Under the pieces are notes generated by a model, which was not told the origin of the DNA, searched no databases, and saw nothing but the letters and a program-made list of their open reading frames with translations. From the NCBI GenBank assembly GCA_038496445.1, contig JALMLS010000510.1, positions 103,560-167,559 of the forward strand: 64,000 nt of DNA. Direction: 5' to 3'. Shown here piece by piece: positions 24,151-38,990 of this stretch (positions within the stretch are counted from its first letter, which is position 1; every line of letters begins with the position of its first letter). The translations under genes and the position numbers were made by a program. Origin of the DNA: Trichosphaerium sp. ATCC 40318 (lineage: Eukaryota > Protista > Tubulinea).

Positions 24151-26014
24151 TTATTCGACAATAATAGGGTCTTTCTTAGCACATCTAGAATCAGCAGGAT
24201 CACACCATACCCTTTTTTTTTGAAAGTCCAAGTTAGTTTGATTGAAAACAGAAATAAGTACGCACTTGACCCAATCGACTTGCATGGCACTTGGGTGAGA
24301 AGGATCATTGAGTTTCCAAGTATCAACCCATTGTGTTTTGGCGTCCCAGAAATCAGCCATAGCCTTGATAAATGGTAAGCCTTTAGAGTACAAATAAAAA
24401 TAATGAAAAGACATACAGTTGATGACAAGTTTATCCAAGGCTTCTTTCCTGGACAGTCTTCAAAGAATCCTGAAAAAAAGAGGTTACACAAGCGTCAATC
24501 ACTAATTTCTTTTAAAATCATATTTTTACATACCTCCTGTACCACCGACAGCAACATTAAATATGAGGTAGTAATCTTCATCAAAAGGAGCGTTGTTTTT
24601 ACGATCCTTGGTGAAAAAGTAAGCTTAGAAAAAAACTCCAAAAATTGGTTTTTACCTCCCATGGATTTTTGATATCAGATGTATAACCACCACGCTGAAA
24701 GAATGACTCAGAGGTCATATCGATGTACATAATCTCATTTCCTATTCATTTATAAAAATTGGAGAAATAGTAAGCCAGGTTGAACTGTACCATCAACAGA
24801 CGTTTTTATGTAGTCTTCATACCATTCTAATGTATCGTAAGCAATCTGTATATCACGTGACAAAAAAAAAATCTTACCGAGAGTGAACACGTGATATCCA
24901 TCACCAAATGTACCACTTGGTTTTTTGTACTCTCCATTCGTAAGAGGCCAGCGAGAAGGCCTATTAAAATCGATAAGTATAAATTATAGAATCTTCAAGT
25001 CTCGGAGTTTTCAAAAGTACCAAAATGGTCCCCAGTGGAGTGCTGATGATACTGCGTTAACACCAGAATCACAAGGATAGTCTGGACCGTTTCCTCTACT
25101 CTCAACAATATCAATCTCTCCGGAAGCAGGCCAATCACCGTAATTTTGGTGTTTAGGAAGGAGCCAGATAGCTGCAAAACAAAATATGTTACAATCTGAC
25201 GATAAAAGGTATAAAATAAAATACCAGGCCACAACCAATCGCCAGTAGGAAGGCGGGCACGTATTTCCACTTTTCCGTATCTATTTAACAACGTGTTATT
25301 AGTTCAAGTGACATAAATTTATATAACGTGAGGAGGTATCTATGACGTGGACAGGCAAAAAAAAATGTAAACTAACGAACCTGAACGAAAAAGTTTTCTT
25401 CGTGTTGATTCTTGCGCTTGTTATAGGATTTATGTAAGTCCTCAATTGGTTGTTAGATGTGCGTGAGCAGCCGTAGTCTGTCTCGTCTAGTTTACACAAA
25501 ATTAGTTGATGGAATTTTCTTCCGAAAGGGTATTTAGGCGTACCAGTACAACTAGGATACAGTGTCCACGTGAATGGCTCTGGGACACCCTATTTGTTAT
25601 CAGAAAACCTTGGTCATAATTAATTAAATATTACGCGCCTCTACTGCACCATCAGGCAGTAAATCTTCTGTAAGGAACGGTTGTAAATATAAAGCACCTC
25701 CCTTGATAAACGAAGAGCTTCTATTATTCACATACGCTTCAAATTCCCTATTGACAAAAAAAATCAAAAAACTACAGGTTGCATTAGTCTTCTGTACCAG
25801 TTTCCTACACGTGGTTAGAAACGTGATTAAAACAAAATTACAGATTTGTTATTAGCGTACCTCCACCCGATAACGTAACCTCATGGTGCCAGATGTCCTG
25901 GTCAGGCGTATTTGAGTCCTGATCGAACTCATCCAAGAAAATTAGCTTTGACGGGTTTGGCTTTGCCATCGCCAAAACAGCTGAGATTAAACAGCAAAAT
26001 AATAAAGTTCTCAT
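24151..26014 (-). CDS. Secreted GH16 beta-1,3-glucanase (beta-glucan recognition protein-like)
   Basis: Signal peptide MRTLLFCCLISAVLA; GGGNWEFE; YGKVEIRARLPTGDWLWPAIWLLP; catalytic WPASGEIDIVE. Confidence 0.95.
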
Positions 26015-26549
26015 ACGAGGCCTATAATCCTTATTTTAATCAAATTGAATTTATCGACCGATTTTCCAAAACTACTTGTGTTGACCGTTCAGGTTTTTTT
26101 TCCTTTTTTTTTGTTACAAGTTTCATATTTTGACTTTTTGTCTATTTCGAGCCTGGTGCTTAGTTATTTAAAATACGAATCCCTGACGCTTTATATAAGC
26201 TATAACTACTGTTGCACCCACATTATTCGGCATCTACAATGAAGTTTGTCAAACAGAGCTGTGAACGCCTCAATTTAGGGAGTTACACATGAAATGTAAT
26301 CTTGTTGTGTGTTCCCTTATCTGTGTACCACTCTGACGACGAGGAGATAATTACTCCGGATGAAATAAAATTTTATTAGCGCAGGTTATCGTCGGACCAG
26401 TGCCCGTTCCTCCAAAAGACATATCTCGCTACAAAGTGTTGTTCAGTGATTAGAACTGAAATTTCGGCAGATTTGTTTTTATTTTAAGTTACACTGCCGA
26501 ACAGTATCAAAGCACCTTTCAATCGATACTATAAAGCGTTACCATAGAA

Positions 26550-28060
26550 ATGAAAACAGTTTCAAGTACTTCGGGGATACTATTGTCGGGTTTGAGCCAC
26601 AAAGCGGTACGTGAGCCTAAACACAGGCATCAGCGTTGTCCACGCGCATGTGGATATTTTAAAACGTCTACGAAAGAAAGAGGTTTTTGCTTACCTCCGC
26701 TTAGGCTTCGTTGAACATCGGAGGCTCATCGGAATACTGTGACGTTATGTGTAAGCCTAAAGTGATGTACGAATGAATTCTCTCATCTTTTTTTTTTTAT
26801 TTCTTCAAGAAATTCAAAAAAAAAACAACCAACCATCTTAAAGCTTATGAGCAACACGTGATATTTTACTAAAGGGTGGTTGATTTAATGGAAAAAGACA
26901 ACGTCGCTCAGTTCCTTAAAGATTGCGCCAATTCTGATTATGTTGGCGCGCTACAATGGCAACGAAACAACTTCAATGAGCAATACAACTTGCTTAAAGA
27001 AAAGACAGAAGCTCTAAAGAGACATGCACTGGAGCTAGCAGCTCAGAAAGATTCTTTGGAAAAAAAGTACATAGACCTCGCTCGTCAACAACGACATGAT
27101 TGGGAGGTGATCGGTGAGCTCAATGGCGAATTGTACGTTATCAAAGAGAAGATTAAAACAAAAAGTTCTAAAAATTCTTTGCAGGGACAAAATGAAGCAA
27201 GCGTGTGAAAGTATGCGTGTGAAGAAGGCTATGTCTGAGCAACGCCTTAAAACTAAAGAATACGACGCTATGTTCCTTGAGTCTAAGTTGTTTAAAGTGA
27301 GTCATGTGAACAACACGTGCAATAAATCTAAACGTAGTATGTAGATGGAAAGAGAAGCAATGGCTTACGGAAAACCAATAGTTTCCAACATCGAACTTTT
27401 TCACGTGCGTCAGCGATACAATGAAATATATCAATCTAATAAAATTCATTTAGATGATAAAATCTACTGCGAACATGATCCATGAAGCAATCGGTGAAAA
27501 TGAAATCGGTGTACGAGTGATTCTTTTATGCATGGTTTTTGCTAACAATTTTTTTTTCAGCAGAAACATGTTATTCCAGGCGTTGATGAAATTCGCTATT
27601 TGCAAGCGGATATATTGCTTTGCGTTCAGATGGAGAATTCTATCCAAGTTCTTATTCATACCTTTGCGTACTTGGATAGACTTCTCGAGAATGATGACAT
27701 ATATATGACGAGCGCTAACTGGGTAACAAGTACGTGATATATTTCACGTGATTTTTCAACTAAATGCTATTTGTCTTTAGTCCTTGTGGTTGTAAGCGCA
27801 ATGGCGGCCAAGTATGTTGAAGAGAGTCTCATAATGAACGCAGATTTTGTGAGTGAACACGTGAGAAGCTCGTATAACGTGGATATAAACACGGTCTCAG
27901 CCTTAGAGTGTGCTTTCTTACAGGTAAGCTCAGCATGATTTTTTTCTTTGATTTTATTTTACTAACTGACTTTGTAAAGGTGCTTGACTATAACCTACAC
28001 CTAACACCAGAAGTATACAAGCAATATTACAACGCAATCATGCCTAAAAGCGATATGTAA
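26550..28060 (+). CDS. Cyclin (PHO80/cyclin Y-like box) with N-terminal coiled coil
   Basis: FAYLDRLL..TSANW, AAKYVEE, LECAFLQ|VLDYNL cyclin-box motifs; coiled-coil ORFs at 26876-27344. Confidence 0.75.
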
Positions 28061-28541
28061 TATGGTGAAAGGGTCTGTAATTCGAAATGTATAAATTGTA
28101 CCATAGAAAAAAAAAACTAAATTGTACTATTCCACAACTGACTTTCATTCCTTTATTGCACTATGTATGACAACAATAATTTTATGTTCCGGCAATACAA
28201 TAGTTAATATCACGTGTATTCATAGTTTTCATAGAACGAGAAAGAAAAAGATTGTAGATTGAAATTACATAGCCCACGTTTCTGTTACTGCAATGTAGAA
28301 GTATGTCGGCTAATTCGAATAAATGTGAAAGTGCAATGCAACTGTTTTAAGTTGATTGTATACCAGTGAGATTCATCAACACTACAATCAAGGCAACATA
28401 GAATTAGTAATCAATGACAATGTTAATATTCTCATCTACCTATCTATTACGGTATGGACTGTAGCTATGTGTAGAACTTATAAACAATAGAGGTTTTTGG
28501 AAGTTTATTAGTTGTTCAGTCTTGTAGTAAAACACAAAATT

Positions 28542-31500
28542 CTAATCAATAGGTCTTGCCAGTTTCCCTGGTGAAACCAAAAACTCTCGTACAGCTAGTC
28601 GTTTAGACTTTACTTCCTTATCGCTCATTTCCTTCCTCAACTGATGAATTTCGTCCTCTAAAGCAGCAATTTTGCGTTGCATGTTGATCTTCTCTATGTT
28701 GTGTATCTCCTTCATTACTTTGATACTCTTGCTCAGTTGTTCAATAGACAAAGGTTTGTATACTATGTCAATTGCATTAGGTGTATCAGAATCTGAACTT
28801 TCAGTAAAATCGAGAGCTACAGCATATCAGTAAGTTTCTTTGAAAAAAAAAGTACAAATACCAATGTTAGAAGTTGAAATATAAGGATTCATAGCAAACA
28901 GTAACAACGGGTTGCCATCCCAGTTGCATACATTACATACGCCTAAAAGATTTGAGCATACTTATTTTTATACGACAGACGCACCAGACACGTGACGCAA
29001 CTTCATTGGGTACACTAACTTATTACCCCATATCCAGGCTTAAAGAGTATTAACAACATTGAGTGCGAAATTATGCTGGCCTTACATTCTTCTCTGTCGG
29101 TGATTACACTGGATATGTTTCCGAACGCAAATATGCTACGAATGTTGACTTTGTCTTCATTGAATTGAACAGGAAGGTACGATTTATTCTGGTAGAAAGG
29201 CCTCTCAATAACTAACAAGTAAACAAAAATATATACTCGATAGAAAAACTTACCTGATCCATCTCCAAGTTGGCCATCTCTATTCATTCCAAACGTATAC
29301 AATTGGCCATTAGAACAAAGAACAAGTGTATGATTATGACCGCACGCTACTTTGATAGCACACAAGGTTTTTCCAAAAGCAGAAACACAATGACCTTCTG
29401 CTGCAGCTCCTTTTCCGAAATAATAACAACATCCTGTATTTGATAAAGCTGAAATATGATATTGACCTGCAGATAATGACTTGAATTTCACTTGGCTTCC
29501 CAAGCACCGAGAAGGGAATTTACTAATTAAATTAGTTCGAGTGTCATCCTCCCTAATCTCCATTTGTCCCCAGAAATACAAGTCACCTTATATACATAAA
29601 CAAACAGATAGTTGTTGACTTTGTTGGTGTACCATGTTTTGACAAAGCCACTGAGAAATTCTGACCGCAGTGAATATCAACTATTACCTTGCGTAGTAGA
29701 GAATGAACAAGGCGAGGCGATGTTGTTCCGTCAAGTCCACCATTACCAAGCGCAAACGTTGAACCATTGCCCTTTAATACCAAGTAAGCGTAATACAGAA
29801 TTAAATAAGAAACACGTGCCCACGTGTATACGGTACCACTAGTCGAAACACACGCAGAGAATTGAGTATTTACACCAATACTGTGTGCTACTTTGGCTAC
29901 TTTAAGGCCTACGAACGATCCAATCTGCTTTGGGCGCATTACATTTTCTGATCTCCCTAAGGGTGATGTTCGAGTTGTTGATAACGTGTTACACAAAGCG
30001 TACCAGCGCGAGGGCCTCCCCAAGAGTATCCATCACCAGTGGTTGTACAACACAAAACTTGAAATATTAGTCAGAAGCAATTAAATAAACCTCATACCTT
30101 CAGCATCTATTCTTGGTTTTGAAAGGCCTATTAGAGATACGACCGACTCATTCGCAAGTGGAATAGTAGGAAACCTATATAGGTACGCCGGATTCTGAAT
30201 ACCCTCCTCACTTACAAGCGCATAAAACAATGGTGCAACTGTTTTCTTGTCAGAAAGATATGGCTTACTGTGTTTTATTGTACCGTTCGCAGTGTGCACA
30301 CAAAATTCGTGCAAGCCAGCATCTGTCCTCATGAAATATACCCCAGGTTTAAAGTCACCTTTAGCCATTCATTCAGTAAATAAGTGGTAAGGACTAAATA
30401 CTTACTCGTTGGAATAATCACAGTGTGATGTCTATTGGCACTATTTATTTGAACTTTGGTTATTTCCGTTATTTGTTCGTTTATATCTGTCCCTATAATT
30501 GCCTCACAGTCCAGGTTATGGCAATAAACTCTTAACGGAGAACCCAATCTTATAATGGGAGGTACATCTATGAATGGTGCACAAAAAGCTACATGAAGAG
30601 GTTTTTTATGTAAAGAAATAAAACACGTGTTTAACGTACGCACAGTGACCGGTGGTTTATCTAACCATAAGACCGATACTTTTACACCACACGTGTTTTC
30701 AACGCTTGTGACTATAAATATCATTAAATAGCAATAGCAAGCGAGTCTTTTGAGTACCTCTTGTTATCCAGTCTTGTACTATAGTGCTCGAAAAGTTGTG
30801 GTTTCCATATTGATTAGGCGCCATGCCTATGTACTTTGAACGCCTCGCAAATGATTCAAAAATACCAAGAGGCATGGGTATAGGATGTTTGAACAGTACG
30901 CTAAATGAGTGTAAGCACATCTTGGTAAAACTATGTAGCTGGTACCGTCTACTGTTAGCATCACCCAAAAAAGGAAAGTCTCTCCAAGCACACTTAAATT
31001 GAAACATCCTAGAAGTTGTTAGTCAGGCCAATAAGACCTACTCTGAAAACACCTACCAATTCAATAAAGCATCAGGCCTCCCTTGACACCACAAAGTTCT
31101 TACTAAATTATCTATAACGAGCAACATGATAGGCAAATGGCTGTTTAGAAAGTTAGTCTCTCATATGACGCAAATAACAACTTGCTTGAAATGTGTTTGC
31201 TTCACAATGTCACTTGCTGATTCTGGTGCAGTGTAGCCTCGGTAAAAGTTAATGTCTCACTATTCTCTTATATAAACCTTACCAGAGACACGTGCAAGCC
31301 CAGTCAAGGCATGTTCGAACATCTGAACAGCAGAAGCATAGTCCTATATTCTCATTACGGTTTTTTTGTGTAATTTGGTATTTGTACTTGTTGATTTGCC
31401 TGGAAGATACCACGTAACAAATAAACGCAAACATACACTTCTACACCGCAAGTTTCTATCTCAGATTTCTTGAACATCTCCACAGCACTTTCAACCGCAG

Positions 31501-34500
31501 AATGGATCTGTTTATCTTGCATTCCACCAATAAGGACCTCTAACATTAAGGTTAATACTGAGAAAAACGAAAAAGACTTCGTGCTTCTTAGTGTGGACTG
31601 TAACAGCTCTTTGGCCTCGCTTATTGTGGATAGAGCTGCAGATTGATTGTCTTCAATGCCAATACCATTTATTGATGGTCCTTTCACTGATGCCACAATG
31701 TTTCCAATATCTGATACCGACAGCGGCTTGCGTTGGTTGAATCCAGACGGATCATCCAAGAACCTAAAATATGTGCTCTGTTTGAAAACAATACCAATCT
31801 TGGTTGCAACAGCCTAATCCAAACGTCATTCTTCTACAAATAAATCTTGCTTTTAGGTACCTGCATCAAGGTGTTTTTTGTGATTAATGCCCTTTTTATT
31901 AAATTAGATTAGCATAGTAACACGTGTTTAAATACCTCAAATCTTTAGATAGTTTCAAGTCTTGCTGTGTAAGACACTGGCCGTACTACTCTCAAGAAAA
32001 TAAGTTAAAGGGGTACAAAATAATTGTACTAAAAACACGGACATTGCCATACTTGGCCATGAGTTGCACTTTTATGACAGCCTTCCAAAAAAACGTGGCA
32101 CCCTAACCACTAGTTAAATACTACCTAGTATTAGTATGTTATATTTTGTACCTCATTGACACCTAGAGCAAGGTTCATAAAATGCGTTACTGTGTGCTTA
32201 ACAGTATCATCATCGAGGACTTTCAGCTGTCTTATTTTCCTTTGAATAAAGTTCTTTATACAGCGTGACATCATCTCAACGCACACCAACCTTTAGAACA
32301 CTTGTCATGTCGTCTATAAAGTAAACAATTCTTCGTACTCTTTAATTCGGCGGTGTGTGACTACAGAACAGAGCATACCCAAGTATCTCATATTGATGCC
32401 ATGCTTGTGCATTTCAGTTTTCAATTCAGTTGTAGAGGTTAGTAATATCTCTCCAGAGTCGAGTGCTTTGGCAAATCTGTGTATTGTATAAACCTTATTT
32501 CACTGTAATTGCTTCACTACCTTGGAATTATACATTCCCTGAGCATTGTGGTAGCTTCCATCAAATCGTTGTTATTGGTATCCGCATCAAGGCGACCAAA
32601 CCGTGAGCACTAGTTACAAAAGTAAGTATTTAAAAGGACAGCAAGTAGTATTACAGCATCCGAACTAAGCGGCCTATGAAATTTGCGAACAAATTCAGGT
32701 CTTAGTTGATTGTACAATGCTCGCCCTCGAACCCTTAACAACGACTTAGTGCCTATGGTATAGTATGTCTAGTACCCGTATACAACGTAAGCAGACCCTC
32801 TAATATGTTGTCCAGCCACAGCAGATGCAAGCTTGTTAAGGGATCCAGAACCTAAACATTCATAAAAATACCAATGTGTTTTAGTGATTAATAATACCCT
32901 CGTAAAACATCATGCCATCTGGGAGCGCTAAGCCCTTCAATTTAGAGACAAGGTTTCTTAGTTGCCTAAAACCCAACTTAGACAGCTATCAAAGGGTGAA
33001 ATAGAAAAGAAGAGCACTCACGAATAATAAACATCAACAATATTAAGTGTCGATCCTGGTGGTGTAGGAAGCTGAACGACTACGATGAGGTTTAGGAATT
33101 ACACTTGGAATTACTTGCGCACCACAAGAGTATCCAAAAGGAAACTCTGGTGGAAATACTCTTGCTGTATCGAGAACGTAAAACTTAGAATCACGTGCTT
33201 TGTGAACTTCAATATCAACTCCACAACATAACGATATCTATTTTAAAACAGTAAGGCGTAGCATATTAAAAAAAGTGGCTGCAAAGACCCGTACTGAACC
33301 GTCGCCTACTCTGTGTTCTTTCAAATTCAGCTCAGCTGCACATTTCTTCATCATCTCGGCTGCCTCAGCTTCGCACTTGATGGTAACACCTGCATCACCT
33401 ACACGTTCTCAGTTCTAAACTGCAATCAACAGAACCTACGCGAGCCGTAAACAAGGGAGTCGTTCTTTCCTATGGGTAAGAGCGGTGAAGCCATAAGTCG
33501 GTATCCCCTTTTGATGTTAAGATTTAAGTAGAAAGTCTTTTACTACATACTTGTAGTCGACTATAATGAGAAGTGGTATGTTTAGATTCCCCAAGTTAGA
33601 GGGATCGCATTTTCGATATCCTTCCAAGCCAAGAAGCTCCAGGTTGGCTTTCGTGAATGAGAAAACTGGAAAAACAAAAATTTTTCTTCCGTACAAACTT
33701 TCTTGGCAAACTCATCACCGCCGTATATCCCGTATGCATCAATACAAAACTTGAAGAAAATATTACCAACCTGTAGGAAAGGTAGTCAGACGACTTGAAA
33801 AGAGTCAAATCCTCTACCAAGTACTTTTCTCCGCCAGCAACGCCGCCTATTTTGAGGGGACTGTAGGTCTTTGTTAGACATTTGTACTCTTCAATTATAG
33901 TTCGTCCGATTGAGATTGCCTTTTCTGCAAAAGACGAGATGACACGGTGTGCTACTGTAGTCTCTCCTTTCTGTATAGCACTCTGGAAAGCCAAATTCCA
34001 ATCAATTTGTTTTCCTGTATTGCTATTACATACAGGCATAGACTTGTTCCATTATGTTACCTTTTTGATGGCCCAAGCTACATCCTGAAGTAGTCTGGAC
34101 ATTGTTTATTTCTCCTTTTACCTCTTGTTCAAGTACGGGACTATCTCCTTTACTTCCCGTAGCAAAATGATTATGTATAGAGTAGATACTTCCGCTGCCA
34201 TAGAACGATGAGTACGCCTTAGAGTCAGCATCATCAACATAAGCCTCTATAATATGGGTTACTCTAAAAATTTTATCAAACTGATAGACCCTTGTGGTTA
34301 ACTCCGGGCAACTCAACATATGTTGAATCTTTGGAAAGTACATCTATGTCTTCAATATAACAAGGATCCTAAATAAATATCATAAAAATAGAGCGGAAAC
34401 CTTAATTAATGCACTTCAACTCTATCCAAATAGCTTCCTGAACTTGTAAGAATTGTATCTTCAGTGCCTTTCACAGGTTCTGGTGTGCTCGCAACGCCTG

Positions 34501-36430
34501 CTTTTGTTTCCTGTTCGTCTATGTACCATTTCAAGATACCGAGTGGCGTTGGTGATGACTGTGTTATTGCAACAAACGGACCGTACTTGTAGCGCATAAC
34601 TTTCTCAAAGCGCGCAGACTGGTCCACTTAAGCAGTAATGAGAAATGACATATAATGGAATGCGAGAGAACGAACCGTATATAACACGGGATGCCTTATG
34701 ACTTGATTCCAGTCTGAAGTCTTTTAAGTCTCCCCTTTAGCACGTGTTAAAAAATGAACCCTTCCCACTCGCTTACCAAGCCCATATTCTGCCTTTATCT
34801 AGTCAAAGTGTTAGTTTAAGTGACACGAATGTATTTAGCTAACCGGATACGCCAAATACAGCACAGTTTGTGACTGACAGTTGGACAAATTTTAGGTCAG
34901 TCGGTGCATCAATATAGCAAGGTGCTAATCGTATTGTAAGTGTCATCAAACAAAATAAGTGTACTTTTTTGTGTAAGTGCCATAAGCGTTCTCCTTGTAC
35001 AAAAAATTGTTTAGTGGACAAGTAATTCTGAGATTACCTGTTTGTGGATTTGGGTGCTGTTGATGTGATCATTAGAATTAATAACATAACTTTATGACGT
35101 ACTGTTTTCAACTGAAGGTATTCTCGATATAGCCTTAGCGGTTCCCCTCATCATCTATGTAAGTGGAGGTGCATCTGTAACTATACGCACCAATTGATGA
35201 CTCGTCCATTTTCTACAGAGTTCTTTTAGAAAAAACTTAATGGATAATGTCTAGATGATGCGCACCCAACAAAGCACAAGAATATGATGCGTTTGCATAC
35301 ACTTTAGAAACATTGCCAAACTCGTCAGAGGGAACGATTAATCTAAGGTCTGAGGAGTTCTGTGGAAATGTCTAAGAAAGAATTGAATGACAAGAGCCTC
35401 ACCTCTTTCTTCGACCCTAGAGCATATTGAAATCCAATCCCAAATCCGTACACAGAGTTTCCTTTGCAGAGAGTTAGAATTGGAGTAGAAATATTCCAAA
35501 CACTTGCCAATCACTACTAGGGTGTGATTGCCTGCAGCAGCCACATCTTGAACAACGTGATCCTCAAGAATCGTCACTTTGCATGGTTCGTAGACCGATC
35601 TTATAGCACCGCAGCCAAGAGAACCTGATGTATCTTTTCCCCAACACCAAGTGTTGCCGACATCTGTATATAAATTCACACCTTTAGCTCTGTTTATAGG
35701 GTTTTTAACAAACCTGTCAAGACCATAGCACGTCTCTCTGTAAGCGCCACTTTTTTAACTTTGAAAGTTCCATCAAATGGAGAAACTATTTGAGGTTTCA
35801 TTTTAGAGCCAAGTCTCAACTTGTCACCTTTGCCCCAAGCCATCAATGCACCATTTTCTATCATTATGTAAGCGGTTTGAGTTTGATAGACTCTCACCAA
35901 GTACTGCAACTCCATAACTACCTGCAACATATATAGATGCCACTGAATGCAAAAAACTAAGTTTGAGAGGTTCACGAACGGTGCCTGTAACCCCAGGCAG
36001 ACCTAAAAACCTGTTGCACAGTTATGTTGGCTGTATTTATCATATACACGCACCCTAGACAAACACTGGTCCCGGTTATGTAAACCTTGAAGAATTATCA
36101 GTTAAACACGTGTCAATTACTTCACATACTTCACCATCACGTGTCAAGTAGAAGGTAGTGCTTCTAGCGAACCCACGGGCTAATACTCGTTTGTAGAGAC
36201 ATCATAGCTTGCGACGTACCACAATCGATAATATTTAATCCGGAAAAGGCCTAAACAGCAAAAATAAGCTGTCTCATCAGAAATAAAAACAATTACATCG
36301 CGTGGCTCGATACAACCTTCTCTAGTATCCCAAGGAGGTTCCTTTGTGCCTACACTTGTATTAAGGCAATTGCTTATCACAATGGCACGCGACCTCTAGA
36401 ACTAAACGGCGAAACAACGACGTGCCGCAT
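28542..36430 (-). CDS. Large protein: RCC1 repeats + Clu domain + helical region + RCC1 repeats + coiled coil (may be two genes)
   Basis: RCC1 motifs (AAGNHTLVV, VACGHNHTLVLCSNGQLYTFGMNRDGQLG); Clu motifs (GGVAGGEKY..IFFKF, IIVDYKGYRL, YVLDTARVFPPE, MHKHGINMRYLG). 5' end uncertain. Confidence 0.75.
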
Positions 36431-36638
36431 GACACGTGTCAGTGGCTAATGGCTTGCAAAAATTACTTAACGGTTTTTTTCACTTCAAAACAAGAAATAA
36501 ACGGCGCTAAATACTGGATTTGATACAGGAGAGATTCATTACACAACAGCAACTACAACTCTTTTGTTACAGATTTCTTATTTTTGTTTACATATTGCAC
36601 TCGTTCCCGATTTAAGGGGGTAACGTGATGACATGCAA

Positions 36639-37686
36639 TTAGATGGAGACGCGAGACTCGAAAAATCTATAAAAAAAAAAAAAACATGAGTACAACAACC
36701 GAGGGACAACACGTGCGAAGTACGTACTTGCGAATGTAGTATACTTGCCATATACTGATACCAATCAAAAGAAAGCTTTCAAACATGGTCCAGTAAAAGA
36801 CACGTCCCTTGGTAGTCTGTTGAAGATCCAAGTGTGCAATATCACGCATCTTCATGTAATGTTGATCGCTTTGTACAGCGAGCATATTGTCAAGTAACAT
36901 TTGGGCTTTATCCTGAACAGGATCGAGATGATCTTTCGTTGCAACATTTCCAGCTAATAAATGACTATTAACACTTGTTGTTTTTTCAAAAAATGTCAAA
37001 AAACTTAGAGTCTCTGGGCTGTGCGTGGTAATGCAATTAGTCGTTTCACGTACTCGCTTGCTTTGCTTGTGGTTTTTCGCGTGCATTTGAGACGGTTATC
37101 TCGACCATGACTTTCTTGGTGGTTACAGAACTCATTTTGTTAGAGAAACAAATCTTATACTCCCCATCGCCCTGTGTGAGGTATTAGATTGACACAAGCG
37201 CTTTTTTTTCAGGCGTACAGTGGCGACAAATGAATATTTTCCACTACTCTCGTGAAAACCTGTGTATACATCTGCTCCGGTATGATCGGTCGCCTGTGGT
37301 AGCGTCGTTAATACAATCAAAGCGTTTTAAAAAATGCCACGTAGAAATACCACCGTCGCTCTATTAAGTTGTTTGCTTATATCATAGGCTAGTGAAGTAA
37401 TCCCAGGGCAATTTGTAGCGGACAGTCTTTTTTGACAATCAATACGCCCAAAAGCGCATACGCACCTTCACATCAATATCGTGGTGCCCACCATGGAGTA
37501 CTTGATACATTACACCCACAAACTTTCCCATTGTAAGCGTCTCGTAGAAACATTCTAGTGATAACCATGAGAAGACATACGCCGTTAGAAAAGAAAACGC
37601 GCACCTTGTTTGTACGGTTGGATCTCGAAAATAAGCTGAGCTTTGACAGCAAGCACAACTATAGCGCAGAGCAACAGATACTTCAT
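36639..37686 (-). CDS. p24/TMED (emp24/gp25L) GOLD-domain cargo receptor
   Basis: Signal peptide, ECFYE, YQVLHGGHHDIDV, RVFYWTMFESFLLIGISIWQVYYIRKFFE. Confidence 0.93.
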
Positions 37687-37863
37687 CCTTGCTGCAGTTG
37701 GTGGCGTTATCGCTTAAATAACTAGGCCAACACAAACTTAAACTCAAGCTGACCTCGAAATTAGCAAGTACGTTCGTTTATCACTTCCAGTAGCGGAAAA
37801 TCGTTAGGTTTTTATTGTACAAATTGAAAAAAAATAATAAAGGTGTAGACGCTTCGTTTTGCA

Positions 37864-38519
37864 TCAATATAGTCCAGGAATCTCTGGTTCGCCTTTACAA
37901 AAGAATCCATGATGTCTAAAATCATAACATGAGCACGTGGATCGTAAAATGTATTTCAAAAAAAAAATAACGTTGTACTCACCTAGCACCGTTTGGCCAA
38001 AATATGGCACCATTACCATGAAATTCGCCATCTTTGAATTGTCCCTCATACACTTTTCCATCTGCAAAACGATACTTTCCTCTACCGTCGAATTTGCCAT
38101 TTTTAAAGTCTCCATAGTAACTGAAACCTAAATTGACGGTTATCAAAACCTTGCACACATACAACTTTTTTCTGAACTACTAAAGGCCTATCGAATGGCA
38201 AAACCATCGAGACCACGATATCACACGTACCTTTTGGAGAAATTAGAGCTCCTTCTCCATGTTGGACATCGTTTACAAAGTTGCCGACGTATTTGTATCC
38301 ATCAGGTCGTGTGAGCGTCCCTCTACCGTGGTATTTGCCCATTGAAAAAGTTCCAACGTATTTTTTTCCATCAGGATATGTAAGAGAGCCGTGACCGTTA
38401 AATTCGCCCCTGCTAACCCTAGGCGATAGTATATTAGTATTTTAACACGTGCTAAAGAGCACAACGTACTGGCCAACAAAGGTTCTTCCATCTGCCCATG
38501 ATAACTGTACTCTTGACAT
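37864..38519 (-). CDS. Small MORN-repeat protein
   Basis: Canonical Y.G.F..GK.HG.G repeats over 4 exons. Confidence 0.88.
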
Positions 38520-38990
38520 AATACTAACCTTAGTAGAATTCTTTTACTTTGACTCGTTTAATTAAGTACGACGAACCGTTTTTGAGTAAAAAACCCGTGC
38601 AACCTGCCAACCCTGCAAACTCACGTGAACCAAACCGGCGTAAACGGCCTAATCCATATCATGCTTATACGAAACAATTCAACGTCTGGAGTTGTATAGG
38701 TTGCTATTTCCTTATTTCTCGTTTCGGTTTTTGAAAGCCTCTGTAAGGCGTCCAAGCAGGATTTACGCTCAAGTCATGTAACGGCATTATTGGGCGCGTA
38801 TTTATGTGCTGGCACTCCTTACGCTGAAATAAACGGCGTAGCACTTTATTGTGGTACCATAGTGAGGTTGAAGGAAAAATGTTTGAGCGCGACTTAGCTC
38901 CAAACCGCGTTTTAGCGAAGTACGTAAATTTCCGCCCCAACTCATAATTGACACTCCCGCACCTCACGGGGCATCAACGGTGATGTTACC

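Noticed and set aside
31985-32052. Apparent in-frame TAG or non-canonical junction in the Clu gene
   Set aside because: A phase-0 GTCCGT donor joined to the last AG gives MAKYGN|YGQCL cleanly.
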